Translations under genes and position numbers: made by a program
Part shown: positions 1 through 9,871 of the stretch, in pieces
How the letters are laid out: each line of letters begins with the position of its first letter
Numbering within the stretch: position 1 is the stretch's first letter
The notes under the pieces: model-generated
What the model saw: only the letters and a program-made list of their open reading frames with translations
What the model was told of the DNA's origin: nothing
The model's database searches: none
Origin: Chlamydiales bacterium
GTDB taxonomy: Bacteria; Chlamydiota; Chlamydiia; Chlamydiales; JAAKFR01
NCBI GenBank assembly: GCA_041395025.1
Contig: JAWLBH010000001.1
Span: 330,001 to 362,000 of the forward strand
Direction of reading: 5' to 3'
DNA: 32,000 bases

Positions 1-2550
1 TAAGCATTTTTGTCATAAGTTCAATTTGTGCAGGATATTTCAGAATAATACCAGTTGCTCTAGCATAAGCTTCATCAAGCAGTTTTTTGACTTCTTCATC
101 AATCGCACGAGCAGTTTCTTCAGAATAAGCTTTATCATGATGATAGACATATCCGGTAGCCTCTTCAGAAGGTCCATTATAAGCAACTTTACCAAGAACT
201 TCACTCATTCCCCATTCACAAACCATACTGCGCGCTAAGCGAGTAGCTTGCGAAATATCTTGTTGAGCGCCACTTGAAATATCTCCGAGAAAAACTTCTT
301 CAGCAACTCTCCCTCCCATTAGAACTGCGAGTTGATCAAGAAGTTCTTTTCTCCAATAACTGAGTCGATTCTTTTCAGGCAAAAAGTGAGTAGCTCCAAG
401 AGATAACCCCCTTGGAATAATTGTCACTTTTTCGACTGGATCAGAATGTTCAACGAGAAATCCAACAATCGTATGACCTGATTCATGATAAGCTGTTGTC
501 CTTTTCTCATTTTCATCAAGCTCAAGACTACGTCTTTCTTTTCCATAAAGTACTTTATCACGAGCTTCAGCAACATCAATACCCGTGATCGCAGAACGTC
601 CCTTTCTAGCTGCGAGTAAGGCAGCTTCATTAAGAAGATTTTCAAGATCAGCACCTGCTGCTCCTGGAGTTGATCGGGCAACAGTAAGAAGATCAACCGA
701 TGGATCAATTTTGATCTTACGTGCATGAACTTTTAAAATTTCATACCGCCCTTTAATATCAGGAAGTCCAATCATCACACGACGATCAAATCGTCCAGGA
801 CGTAGAAGTGCTTTATCAAGGACATCAGGACGATTAGTTGCTGCCATTAAAATAACAGCTTCATTTGTTTCAAATCCGTCCATTTCAACAAGAAGCTGAT
901 TTAATGTCTGTTCACGTTCATCATGACCGCCTCCAATTCCTGCTCCACGATGACGACCAACAGCATCAATTTCATCAATAAAAATAATACAAGGAGCATT
1001 TTTTTTCGCTTGTTCAAACATATTACGAATTCGACTCGCTCCAACTCCAACAAACATCTCAACAAAATCAGAACCAGCAATTGAAAAAAATGGACGATCT
1101 GCTTCCCCTGCTACCGCTTTAGCAATAAGAGTTTTTCCGGTTCCTGGAGCACCAATTAACAAAATTCCTTTAGGAATGCGACCACCAAGTGTAGTGAATT
1201 TTGAAGGATTCTTTAAAAACTCCACAATTTCAAAAAGTTCTTCCTTCGCTTCATCAATACCAGCCACATCTTTAAAAGTGACCTTATTTTGTCCTTTTTG
1301 GAGAAGCCTAGCAGGTGATTTACCAAAATTCATGGCTGACCCACCTACACCTTTCATTTGTCTTGAAAAGACAAAATAAAGGAGCAGAATGACAAAAACA
1401 ATGGGAAGAATGGTAAGAATATAACTAAAATAATTGGGAGATTGTTCTTCACTCTTAAATGTCTTTTCAAGAGCAAGGGTACGAGGTTGATCAGGAGCTT
1501 TAAAAGAAAGACCATGATTTAATTTAAAATTGTCCCATTCTTCTTTTGCATTAGCAAACCAATGGCTATATGTTTCTACATCTTGACGTTCTAGTGCACG
1601 ACCCGAAAGTTCTTTATTATTAAAAAACCAGATCACATTAGATAAAGATTGACGTGCTTTATCTAGTTGTATTTCATTTTGTTCTAAGGCTTGATTGCTC
1701 TTTTCATAGCGCTCCATTTGCTCTTTATATTGGCGTATAGAACGCAATTCACTCAAACGCATATGATCAACAGGTTGATTTAATTCTTCTACAATTTCCT
1801 GGAGCTTAGATAGAATTGTTTCATAGATAGAAATTTTTTGCGCAGTTGAATAAGAAGTCCCTTGAGTTTCTTCTAATTCTTTGGTAAGAGTTTTTAGCTC
1901 TTGCTTCATTGCTTCAGCGCTTACACCTAAAATAGGAGAACGAAAATTTGTTACTAAAAGAGCAAGATCAATTTCAAAACCTGTTAGGTCCTCTTGACTA
2001 CTCAACTTTATTTGCTGTAAACGCTCTTGCATCAATTTTAAATTGATCATCTCCTTTTCAGAAATTTCTTTAATGACAATTGCATTTTCTTTTTCAGGAA
2101 GATCATATACCTCCTCAACAATACGATAACCTCCCTCAGGAATCGATATCCCAGAGATTGCTAAAAACCATTTACCTGCTTCTCGAATATTTGTTTGAAG
2201 GCGACTTAAACTTGACAAGATTTCATTTTTTTCATTTTTTAAATTATGATTTTTTTCTACCAATTCCAAATATTTATAGCGTTTTCGACTTTCTTCAGTC
2301 TCACGTTCTCGAAATTTGCCACTAAAAGTCACAAGATTATCATTCAAAGAGACCTTATGACTCTCTTCCGGAACAACCAGCTGTAAATTTACAAGATGCT
2401 CAACTTGGTGACTAAAAGCAACTTTTGCCGATTTAGTCGACATGAAATTCTGTAGCGTAATTACCACCAAAATAATCGCTAAAAGAAAAAGAAAGAAAGT
2501 AGTTGGAAAAATTTTCTTCGGTTCATTCTTATTCTTTTTGTCTGAAGTCA
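1..2550 (-). CDS. ftsH: ATP-dependent zinc metalloprotease FtsH; C-terminus lies beyond the window edge (~850 codons visible)
   Basis: Absent from the ORF track because it runs off the window. Own translation from ATG at 2550 gives [30 protein letters not shown]... Motifs seen: Walker A GAPGTGKT (near 1131-1154), Walker [33 protein letters not shown], zinc site HESGH (near 470-490). Two TM helices are separated by ~335 aa. Confidence 0.95.
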
Positions 2551-2704
2551 TAATATATCTAACTATTTTTAAAAATATACTTATTGTTTATTATAAAAAT
2601 AAAACTTTTATTTAAATAGAGAAATTTAATAGGAATTAAAATTGTATTTAAAAATCTTAAATCTCAACATCTTATCATATCTTATCCTGCCATTCCACAT
2701 CAAC

Positions 2705-3646
2705 CTATAAACTTAATAATTTTAACTTTTTGATAGTCAATTTCCCACGATCAATTTCTACCACTCTTTGACCAACTTGAATTCTTTTACATACACTATT
2801 TTTCAATAGATGAGAAAGGAGTGTATTTAAAGTAGATTTTGAAATCGTAAGATTTTCTTTCTCAAAGAAATCTCGAATAATCGCTTTATAGATAAATGGA
2901 AATTTTAGGTTTAATTTATTGAAATCCAAAGAAATATTTCCATCAAAATAAATAAACTGCTTTCTAAAAGGTTCTAGTTCAAACTCAAGAAAATCTGCGA
3001 GTTCTTGAGCTGATTCGCCTAATTGACAAAGACTTGTCTGAACCTGTTTTCCAAACTGTTTTGAAAGTGTAGGAAGTAGCTCTTCTCGCATTCTACCTCT
3101 CAAAAAACGATGATCTTTGTTCGTTGGATCGGAGAAATAAGAAATTCCTCTCACTTTAAGCCAATCTAAAATCTCTGATTTTTTCCATTTTAAAAGAGGA
3201 CGATATAGATTCAATTCTCCAATTTGAGTTTTTGGTAGAAGCCCTTTAAGCTTCGGAAGAGACGCCCCCTCAAACACTCGCTTTAATACTGTTTCAGCCT
3301 GGTCATCTGCATGATGACCAAGCATCACACCTCTTAATTTTCTATCATTGCAAATTTTTTGAAAAAAATGATGGCGTTCTTTTCTAGCATAATCTTCAAG
3401 ATTTGAATCTATGGATCTGAGAGAACAAGTGTGACAAGTCACACCTTCTTTTTTACAGATTTTCATAATTTCAAGAGCTTCTAAGGAGCTTTCTGGGCGC
3501 CATCCATGGTTAACATGAGCGACTTCAAATGGGTGCTCTTGTTCTAAAAGTAGATAAAATAGCATTGTAGAATCACTCCCCCCAGAAAATCCCAAAAGAA
3601 GAGGGGTATCTTCTAATGTATAAAAATGCAAAAAATCCTTAATCAT
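2705..3646 (-). CDS. tilS: tRNA(Ile)-lysidine synthase (short form, 313 aa)
   Basis: N-terminal PP-loop motif GFSGGSDS. Overall N-type ATP pyrophosphatase pattern (HVNHGWR, HHADDQAETVL). Sits beside ftsH as in other chlamydiae (recalled CT840/CT841). Confidence 0.9.
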   Translation of the reverse strand: MIKDFLHFYTLEDTPLLLGFSGGSDSTMLFYLLLEQEHPFEVAHVNHGWRPESSLEALEIMKICKKEGVTCHTCSLRSIDSNLEDYARKERHHFFQKICNDRKLRGVMLGHHADDQAETVLKRVFEGASLPKLKGLLPKTQIGELNLYRPLLKWKKSEILDWLKVRGISYFSDPTNKDHRFLRGRMREELLPTLSKQFGKQVQTSLCQLGESAQELADFLEFELEPFRKQFIYFDGNISLDFNKLNLKFPFIYKAIIRDFFEKENLTISKSTLNTLLSHLLKNSVCKRIQVGQRVVEIDRGKLTIKKLKLLSL

Positions 3647-3809
3647 AACTTAATAAAAAGGGAGAGGTATCTCATTTAGGGGAATTGTTTTTTTAATTCT
3701 CGAAAATAGTAAGATTCAAACATCTAAAAAATTGGGTCATTAAGTATACCTACAAGGAATCAAAAAGAGATGGTAACATGTCTTCTTATTTACTAAAAAT
3801 GAAGAAAAG

Positions 3810-4898
3810 ATGGGATTAATCGTTTGCTACTTAATCAAAGAGTATCTCAGAGTCTTCTTACTATCTATTAGCTCATTCATCGGGATCTTGTTTGTGAGTC
3901 GCTTGGAAGAAATTGCCCACTTTGCTGCGATAGGGGCTTCTTTCCTCTATTTACTCCTCTTTAGTTTTTATCAAATCCTCTATGTTCTACCAATTGCTAT
4001 TCCAATTTCTTCTTTAATTTCAGTAATGATTCTCTTTCAAAAACTATCGCAAACTCATGAACTCACTGCATTAAGAACCGTAGGCCTTTCTTTTAGACAA
4101 ATTACCACTCCCATTTTAGGGTTAGGGATGATCCTGTCTTGTATCAATTTTTATATTGCTTCTGAACTTACAACATCTGCTCATTTGAAAAGTCGTCAAA
4201 TGGTATCCCATCTAACTACAGAAAATCCTCTTTTGCTTCTCCAAAGCGCAAAAATTGCAAAATTACAAGGAGCATATGTTCAGATGGAACCAGTTTCAAC
4301 AGGAAAAAATATAAAGAATTTACTCATTGCTCTAAAAGATCATACCAATAAAAGGATCTCTCTGCTTTTAGCAAAAAAAATGACGATTGAGGGAGATGAA
4401 TTAAAGGGAGAAGAGGTTACAGTGATTTCAAATCTTTCTAATCCTGATTTTGATCAACTAATTATTGAAAATAAAAAACTCACAACTTGTTTTTCTCTTG
4501 ATTTTTCTCGTTTTCTTCAAAATCAAGGATGGAAAATTTCAAATGATCATTTGAAATTTAACTTATTGAGAGCACGAATACAGAATTTGTATAAGACAGG
4601 GAGAGAACAAATTGCAAAATGCTATTCAGAAATGATCCGGCGTATTTCTTTAGGAATAGCTGTCTTTACCTTTAACCTAATGGGCATATCTTTTGGAATT
4701 ACCCTGGATAAAAATCAAAATAAAAAAAACATTCTTCTTGTCTTCATTCTTGGAGGACTCACTTTAGTCTTATTTCTTGCTGGGAAAGAGTTGAGTCACT
4801 TGCTCTGGATGGCCACTATCTGTTTTTTTCTTCCCCATCTCTTTATTACCATAGCTTCTATTTTAGCTCTTTTTCGCTTAAGTCGAGGGTTGAGGTGA
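3810..4898 (+). CDS. LptF/LptG (YjgP/YjgQ) family LPS-export permease
   Basis: 362 aa polytopic membrane protein. N-terminal pattern IKEYLRVFLLS is typical of the YjgP/YjgQ family. A central periplasmic domain is flanked by 3+3 TM segments. Its TGA overlaps the GTG start of the next paralog (GTGA). Confidence 0.8.
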   Translation: MGLIVCYLIKEYLRVFLLSISSFIGILFVSRLEEIAHFAAIGASFLYLLLFSFYQILYVLPIAIPISSLISVMILFQKLSQTHELTALRTVGLSFRQITTPILGLGMILSCINFYIASELTTSAHLKSRQMVSHLTTENPLLLLQSAKIAKLQGAYVQMEPVSTGKNIKNLLIALKDHTNKRISLLLAKKMTIEGDELKGEEVTVISNLSNPDFDQLIIENKKLTTCFSLDFSRFLQNQGWKISNDHLKFNLLRARIQNLYKTGREQIAKCYSEMIRRISLGIAVFTFNLMGISFGITLDKNQNKKNILLVFILGGLTLVLFLAGKELSHLLWMATICFFLPHLFITIASILALFRLSRGLR

Positions 4899-5941
4899 TT
4901 TTAAAAAAATATTTATTAAAAGAAATCGCAAAAACATTTTTTCTATTTATAGGAGGATGCTACTTCCTTTATGTATTAATTGATTACTCGATCCATATGC
5001 AAATTCTTTATCGAGAAGGAATTCCTATTAAAGATATTTGTCTTTACTACCTCTTTCAATTTCCTAATCGAGCTGACATTCTGATTCCTCTTGCTCTTCT
5101 TATTGCGACGATTAAGGTGTTAACCACACTTAATACGAGTAATGAAATTATCACACTTATTTCGAGCGGTATTTCGATAAAAAAAGTGGTCAACATCTTT
5201 CTATATCCAAGTATGATTTTAGCTACCTTCCTCTATTTAAACTTTCAATTTCTTCAACCTCTATCTTCTACTGCCTTAAAAAAATTTGAAAAATACGCTT
5301 TCAAAAAATCGGTTAGTCAAAATATCGGCATTCTTCCGTTAACCGAAAATGGCATTTTAATCTATCAGCAATTTGAATCTGAAACTCAGTCATTTCATGA
5401 TGTTTACTTATATAAAAATCATGATTTGATTTATCGTATTCAAGAGTTCTACCCTTATGGAAAAAATCCAATTGGAAAAAAAGTTGATGTTTTACAACGC
5501 ATAGAAGGAGAGTTACAACAAATGGAGTCTTTCGACATGCTAATTTTTGATACCATCCATTTTGATAAAGCATCCTTTCCAAATCCTATTTTTCTTCCAC
5601 TGACTCAATCTCTAACTGAACTTTTTTCTAATTTTTCATGGCGCTTACATCTTACAAGTAAAGAAGCTGAAATTGCTTCTCTTTTTCTCTATAAAATCAT
5701 GATTCCCCTTGCTTGCTTTCTTGTCGTAATTGCTCCTACTCCTTTTTGCTTAAACTTTGGGCCTTCTCTAAAAGTATTTATAATCTATGCATTGGCTCTT
5801 TTTGGTATATTACTCTTTTTTACTCTTGTAAAAGCCTGCTTAATACTAGGTAAACATCAAGTCATTTCTCCCTTATGGGCAATGCTTACTCCATTTGTCC
5901 TCTCTTTTGCGTGGTTTGGATGGCGATATGCTAAGTTCTAG
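4895..5941 (+). CDS. LptF/LptG (YjgP/YjgQ) family LPS-export permease, second paralog
   Basis: 348 aa. N-terminus MILKKYLLKEIAKTFFLF matches the family start pattern. Same TM/periplasmic/TM architecture. Start and stop overlap with the upstream paralog by 4 nt. Confidence 0.8.
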   Translation: MILKKYLLKEIAKTFFLFIGGCYFLYVLIDYSIHMQILYREGIPIKDICLYYLFQFPNRADILIPLALLIATIKVLTTLNTSNEIITLISSGISIKKVVNIFLYPSMILATFLYLNFQFLQPLSSTALKKFEKYAFKKSVSQNIGILPLTENGILIYQQFESETQSFHDVYLYKNHDLIYRIQEFYPYGKNPIGKKVDVLQRIEGELQQMESFDMLIFDTIHFDKASFPNPIFLPLTQSLTELFSNFSWRLHLTSKEAEIASLFLYKIMIPLACFLVVIAPTPFCLNFGPSLKVFIIYALALFGILLFFTLVKACLILGKHQVISPLWAMLTPFVLSFAWFGWRYAKF

Positions 5942-6980
5942 TACTCTAACCATCGATCTTGATGCCATTGAATCCAATATTTCTGCATTTAAGAAAAAAG
6001 GTGAGATCATGGCAATGGTGAAAGCAAATGGTTATGGGACTGGTGTGATTGATATTGTTCCCTACCTGTCTGATTTTGGAGTGAAAATTTTAGGGGTTTC
6101 TCACGTCAATGAAGGGATTTTACTTAGAAAAGCAGGTATTAAAATGCCGATTTTTGTCCTTTCGGCTCCTGCTTTTGAAGCTAAACAAGTTGTGGAATAT
6201 TGCTTAGAACCCGCTATCAGTTCTATTGAAGAAGCAACCGCTCTCAATCATGCTGCTAAAAAACTCATTCCCATTCATCTGCATATTGATACAGGGATGA
6301 ATCGATTTGGTGTTAATCCAGAAAAAGCGATTCAATTAGTCAAAGCGATTAGAAGATTATCGCATCTTTATATCAAAGGTATCATGACTCACTTTACCTC
6401 TGCAGACCTCCCTGAAATGGATAGTTATACAAATCAGCAGATAGCTATTTTTAAAGAGGTGGTAGATTTTTTTGATCCTCTACCTCATTGGATTCATGCA
6501 GCAAACGGAGCGGGAGCACAACGTTTTTCTATCCCATTTTGTAACCTTGTAAGAATTGGATTAGCCTTGTTTGAATCAGCTTTAACCTTAAAATCCCACC
6601 TATCATTTATTAAGAAAGCACAAAAGGGAGAGAGTGTCGGCTATCATTCTGGTTATATCTTCAAGCAGGATAGTCTGATCGGTACCATTCCATTTGGTTA
6701 TTATGATGGATTACACTGTGATTATAAAGAAAAAGGATACGTTCTTGTAAGGGAAAAGCAAAGTCCAATGATTGGGCGTATCTGTATGGATTTTATGATG
6801 ATTGACCTCACAAAAATTCCGGAGGCAAAAATAGGAGATCCTGTCATCTTATTTGATCCCAAATCACTACCTCTAAAAGTTGTAGCAGGATGGACCAATA
6901 CCAATGTTCGAGAAGTATTAGTACGTATTGGAGCTAGAACTCAAAGGAGTTATATAAGAAGAGGGTGTAAAGTAAATTAG
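5928..6980 (+). CDS. alr: alanine racemase
   Basis: PLP-lysine motif MVKANGYGTG, then THFTSAD, and the GESVGYHSGY region with the catalytic Tyr context. The ORF track begins at 5895. I prefer the ATG at 5928, which overlaps the upstream gene by only 14 nt. Confidence 0.85.
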   Translation: MLSSSTLTIDLDAIESNISAFKKKGEIMAMVKANGYGTGVIDIVPYLSDFGVKILGVSHVNEGILLRKAGIKMPIFVLSAPAFEAKQVVEYCLEPAISSIEEATALNHAAKKLIPIHLHIDTGMNRFGVNPEKAIQLVKAIRRLSHLYIKGIMTHFTSADLPEMDSYTNQQIAIFKEVVDFFDPLPHWIHAANGAGAQRFSIPFCNLVRIGLALFESALTLKSHLSFIKKAQKGESVGYHSGYIFKQDSLIGTIPFGYYDGLHCDYKEKGYVLVREKQSPMIGRICMDFMMIDLTKIPEAKIGDPVILFDPKSLPLKVVAGWTNTNVREVLVRIGARTQRSYIRRGCKVN

Positions 6981-7051
6981 AAATTATCAAATCACTTTAA
7001 ACTGTGTTAATTGAGTGATCGATTATTTAATCAACAACACCATCTCTATCC

Positions 7052-9196
7052 TCAACTAATTTCCCAATTAAAACTGTCTTTTTTAAACAAAGCAATAAAG
7101 TGACTCAAATAATCTCCTTTACTTTCTAACAATCTAATAAAATTATAAAGACGATCAAACCGTTCAGGATGGATCACACGCTCTCGCTGCATGATTGTTG
7201 ATCCAAAAAGAGCCATCTCTATTTTTTTATAATCAAGGTTTTTTCTACAACCAATTGCCAGAAGAGCGAGCAATCCAACATTCGAGGTTCCACCAATATC
7301 AAGAGAATCTTTAGAAATTAGCGCAATATAGGATGGCTGGATGATTTCAATTAGTTTTAATTCAATGAAATGATAAACAAGCTGAATAAAATCTAAACGT
7401 TCTAGATAAGACAATGTCTTTTTAAAATCAAAAAATATCTTGTGAATTTTTATTAAAAGAGAATCGATAAAATCAGGAAATAATTGTTTATTTATATTAT
7501 CAGGAAAATAATAACCTGTGGTTGGATCACGTAAATGATCTCTTAAATGACCAATAAAACTCTCTGCTTTATCCAGTTCCTGATAGAGATCAGATTGATT
7601 ATAAAAATGCGTATCTTTAGCAAGAGTTATAGTAGTTAAATATGGGGCAAATTCTCCCTTTTGAGCTAATTCTTCGATAGCCATGGATCGGGCATGTTCT
7701 TTCCAGGAGGTTCTATCTTGGAAATTCACAATCAGAAGTTTCTCATTGATTTCAAATCCTCTTAGAAATGTTTTAAATTCTTCAGAAACAATGGCATGGT
7801 GGATCCATTGCTGAATAATAGGACATGGAAGATGAAGAACATGAATCACTTGTTCCTCTTTACTTAATGTCCATTCATGAAAAGGTAGGTTGCCTTGTAT
7901 CAGTGGATCAAAACAAAATTCTCTTGTTTCTCGAATAATATCGACTGCCTTGAAAACCGGTCCACTTGGATGTTTTTTAAATGCTTGAATCAATCCAAGA
8001 TTTGTCTGCATCAATCGATCAGAAAGAGCATTTACGTGATTTTTATTGGGGATAGTTTTTTCTACAATTTGGCTAATAACAGAAGACAGTTCTTTTCTAT
8101 CATGAGTTTGAGTATAGAGAAGACGACAAAACTGGTAGATCAAATTAAGAGCATTTTGAAAAAAAGATTTTTCTGATGAAGATCCATATATCACAAGTTT
8201 TTCAAATTCACGATTATGAAGTACTGCTCTTAGAAAAAAGAGAAAATCCCAAAAATAAAGATGACAACCTTTTAAAGAAAATTGTCTAATGAGATTTTTA
8301 GGATCACTAGCTAACATAAGAGCCATACAAGCATTATGAAGCAAAGCGATTAATCCCATCTCTTTGTATTTCATTGCTTCTTGATAAAATTTATCCATGA
8401 AGTGTCCTGCAGATTTTCGTATTGCAAGAGCTAAGAGATGCAATTCTTTATCTTCCCAATTTTTAATCTGCAGTAATGGATCATCACTAAAATACTCCTC
8501 TGCAAACTCTCCAAAATCGCAAGCAAGCTTAATATTTCTTGCAAGATCATAGGTATAGAAATGCGTACCCTGCTCATTTTTCAAATAGAAGAGTTCATAA
8601 AGATGATCTCTTTGAATCACTTTGAGATCATTAAGAATATGGATACCCGCAACTTCTTCAACTTCTTCTTCTCTTCCTAAAATTTGTTTAAGTTGATGCT
8701 CCAAGGTCTCTTCGTGAGGAATGACCTCAACTTTCTTCTTTAAAGTAGAAGATTTGGCAAATGTCTGAAATGATTCTGGTACCACTTCTCTTCGGTAAAA
8801 ATTTTGTAAGTCTTTGTACTCAGAAAATTCACTTACTCTCTCTTTAAAAACTACACCCAGACGATCAAGTTTCTTCGCGGCTTCACCCACTAAAACCATA
8901 ATCGTATTCATTCCTTCTGCTAACTTCTTTGTATCTCCTGTATCTTTCATCTTACGATAAAAGAATTGTAAGTAATCAAATACGCTACGGAAAGTTTCTT
9001 TAACTACTCTAACTGTTTGATCATCCGATCCTGCTTGAACCCAGTATATCTCTCGAATTTCCTCTCCCTCTTTTTCCTTATGTGGAATAAAACGTGATTC
9101 TTCCGTAATCTCAATCTCATTAATTGTATCAACATCCAATAAGGTGTTGAGATTTTCTAATGCATCCAATATACCTAAACTACTTTTTGAACCCAT
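7052..9196 (-). CDS. large conserved hypothetical protein (714 aa), probable counterpart of the hypothetical gene between pheS and the Lpt-family genes in Chlamydiaceae
   Basis: Long uninterrupted ORF. The track start (9226) is a GTG. An ATG at 9196 (MGSKSSLGIL...) follows AAGGAGGGG by 3 nt. I see no signal peptide, TM segment or recognisable catalytic motif. Confidence 0.75.
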   Translation of the reverse strand: MGSKSSLGILDALENLNTLLDVDTINEIEITEESRFIPHKEKEGEEIREIYWVQAGSDDQTVRVVKETFRSVFDYLQFFYRKMKDTGDTKKLAEGMNTIMVLVGEAAKKLDRLGVVFKERVSEFSEYKDLQNFYRREVVPESFQTFAKSSTLKKKVEVIPHEETLEHQLKQILGREEEVEEVAGIHILNDLKVIQRDHLYELFYLKNEQGTHFYTYDLARNIKLACDFGEFAEEYFSDDPLLQIKNWEDKELHLLALAIRKSAGHFMDKFYQEAMKYKEMGLIALLHNACMALMLASDPKNLIRQFSLKGCHLYFWDFLFFLRAVLHNREFEKLVIYGSSSEKSFFQNALNLIYQFCRLLYTQTHDRKELSSVISQIVEKTIPNKNHVNALSDRLMQTNLGLIQAFKKHPSGPVFKAVDIIRETREFCFDPLIQGNLPFHEWTLSKEEQVIHVLHLPCPIIQQWIHHAIVSEEFKTFLRGFEINEKLLIVNFQDRTSWKEHARSMAIEELAQKGEFAPYLTTITLAKDTHFYNQSDLYQELDKAESFIGHLRDHLRDPTTGYYFPDNINKQLFPDFIDSLLIKIHKIFFDFKKTLSYLERLDFIQLVYHFIELKLIEIIQPSYIALISKDSLDIGGTSNVGLLALLAIGCRKNLDYKKIEMALFGSTIMQRERVIHPERFDRLYNFIRLLESKGDYLSHFIALFKKDSFNWEIS

Positions 9197-9559
9197 ACTC
9201 CCCTCCTTATGCCAACTATGGTGCACTTAGATACTTAGTTATGTATACTATTATCTCTATTTTTAATTATATATCTCAAATAAAACTAAACTATTTATTT
9301 TAAATAAAAAGAATTAATTAAAATATATTTAGAAAAATGAAGGAAAAATTGTTGTTTTTAAGAATAAAAAAGAAAAAAATCAAGAAATGAAAAAGACACT
9401 CTCTTCTCTCTAAATTTTGAATGATTTGATCATTATGAGGCTTGTTTTCTTTAATATAATTTTTTTAGAGACAATTGAAATATTTACTGAGATTAAGAAA
9501 AGGTTAGAGAAAAAGATTCAGAAATTCTTATTTTTATGTAAATTTTGTAAAGAAAAAAA

Positions 9560-9612
9560 CGGAAGAGGAGGGATTCGAATCCCCAGATGGTTGCCCATCT
9601 CCTGTTTTCAAG
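9560..9612 (-). repeat. orphan copy of the 3' half of tRNA-Ser(UGA), from anticodon loop to discriminator; distal att-site remnant
   Basis: cggaagaggagggattcgaaTccccAgatggttgcccatctcctgttttcaag matches 13176-13228 at 51 of 53 positions. Similarity stops exactly at the tRNA 3' end on one side and at the 5' anticodon stem on the other. Confidence 0.85.
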
Positions 9613-9871
9613 TCCGAGGTAAACTTAAACCTCTCAACAAATTTCAATAATCAGCAGCAACTTTTCCCTATGGGAGCTTGTCCTTTATGAGCAGTCTTTT
9701 TCAGAAGATTGCTGCTGACTATTGTGGCTTAGTGTGCATAAAATGCGCATAATTTTCAAGGGTACTGGATCTTACAAAGTCCAGATCAACTGCAGAAAAT
9801 GCGAAAACTCTGTGAATGTAAAAAAGGATTGATATAGAATTCCTATCGAGCCCTTATACAAATAGGAAATC

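Noticed and set aside
26-2325. Track ORFs 26-238 (+), 424-726 (-), 1176-1379 (+) and 2080-2325 (+)
   Set aside because: All lie within ftsH, antisense or out of frame. The real gene is the - strand frame that runs off the window and was therefore missing from the track.
5313-8176. Antisense ORFs 5313-5582 (-), 6722-6904 (-) and 7895-8176 (+)
   Set aside because: They are embedded opposite well-supported genes (the second Lpt-family permease, alr and the 714-aa protein). Composition-driven open frames in AT-rich DNA.
9560-9612. Possible second tRNA gene
   Set aside because: Only the anticodon loop to 3' end is present. The 5' anticodon stem, D-arm and 5' acceptor strand are missing, because the sequence diverges completely after 9612. 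A T-stem mismatch is also introduced. It is a fragment, not a gene.
9417-9650. 77-aa + strand ORF in the track
   Set aside because: It lies in extremely AT-rich intergenic DNA and reads straight through the orphan tRNA-Ser 3' fragment (9560-9612). It has no RBS. It is explained by the att remnant.
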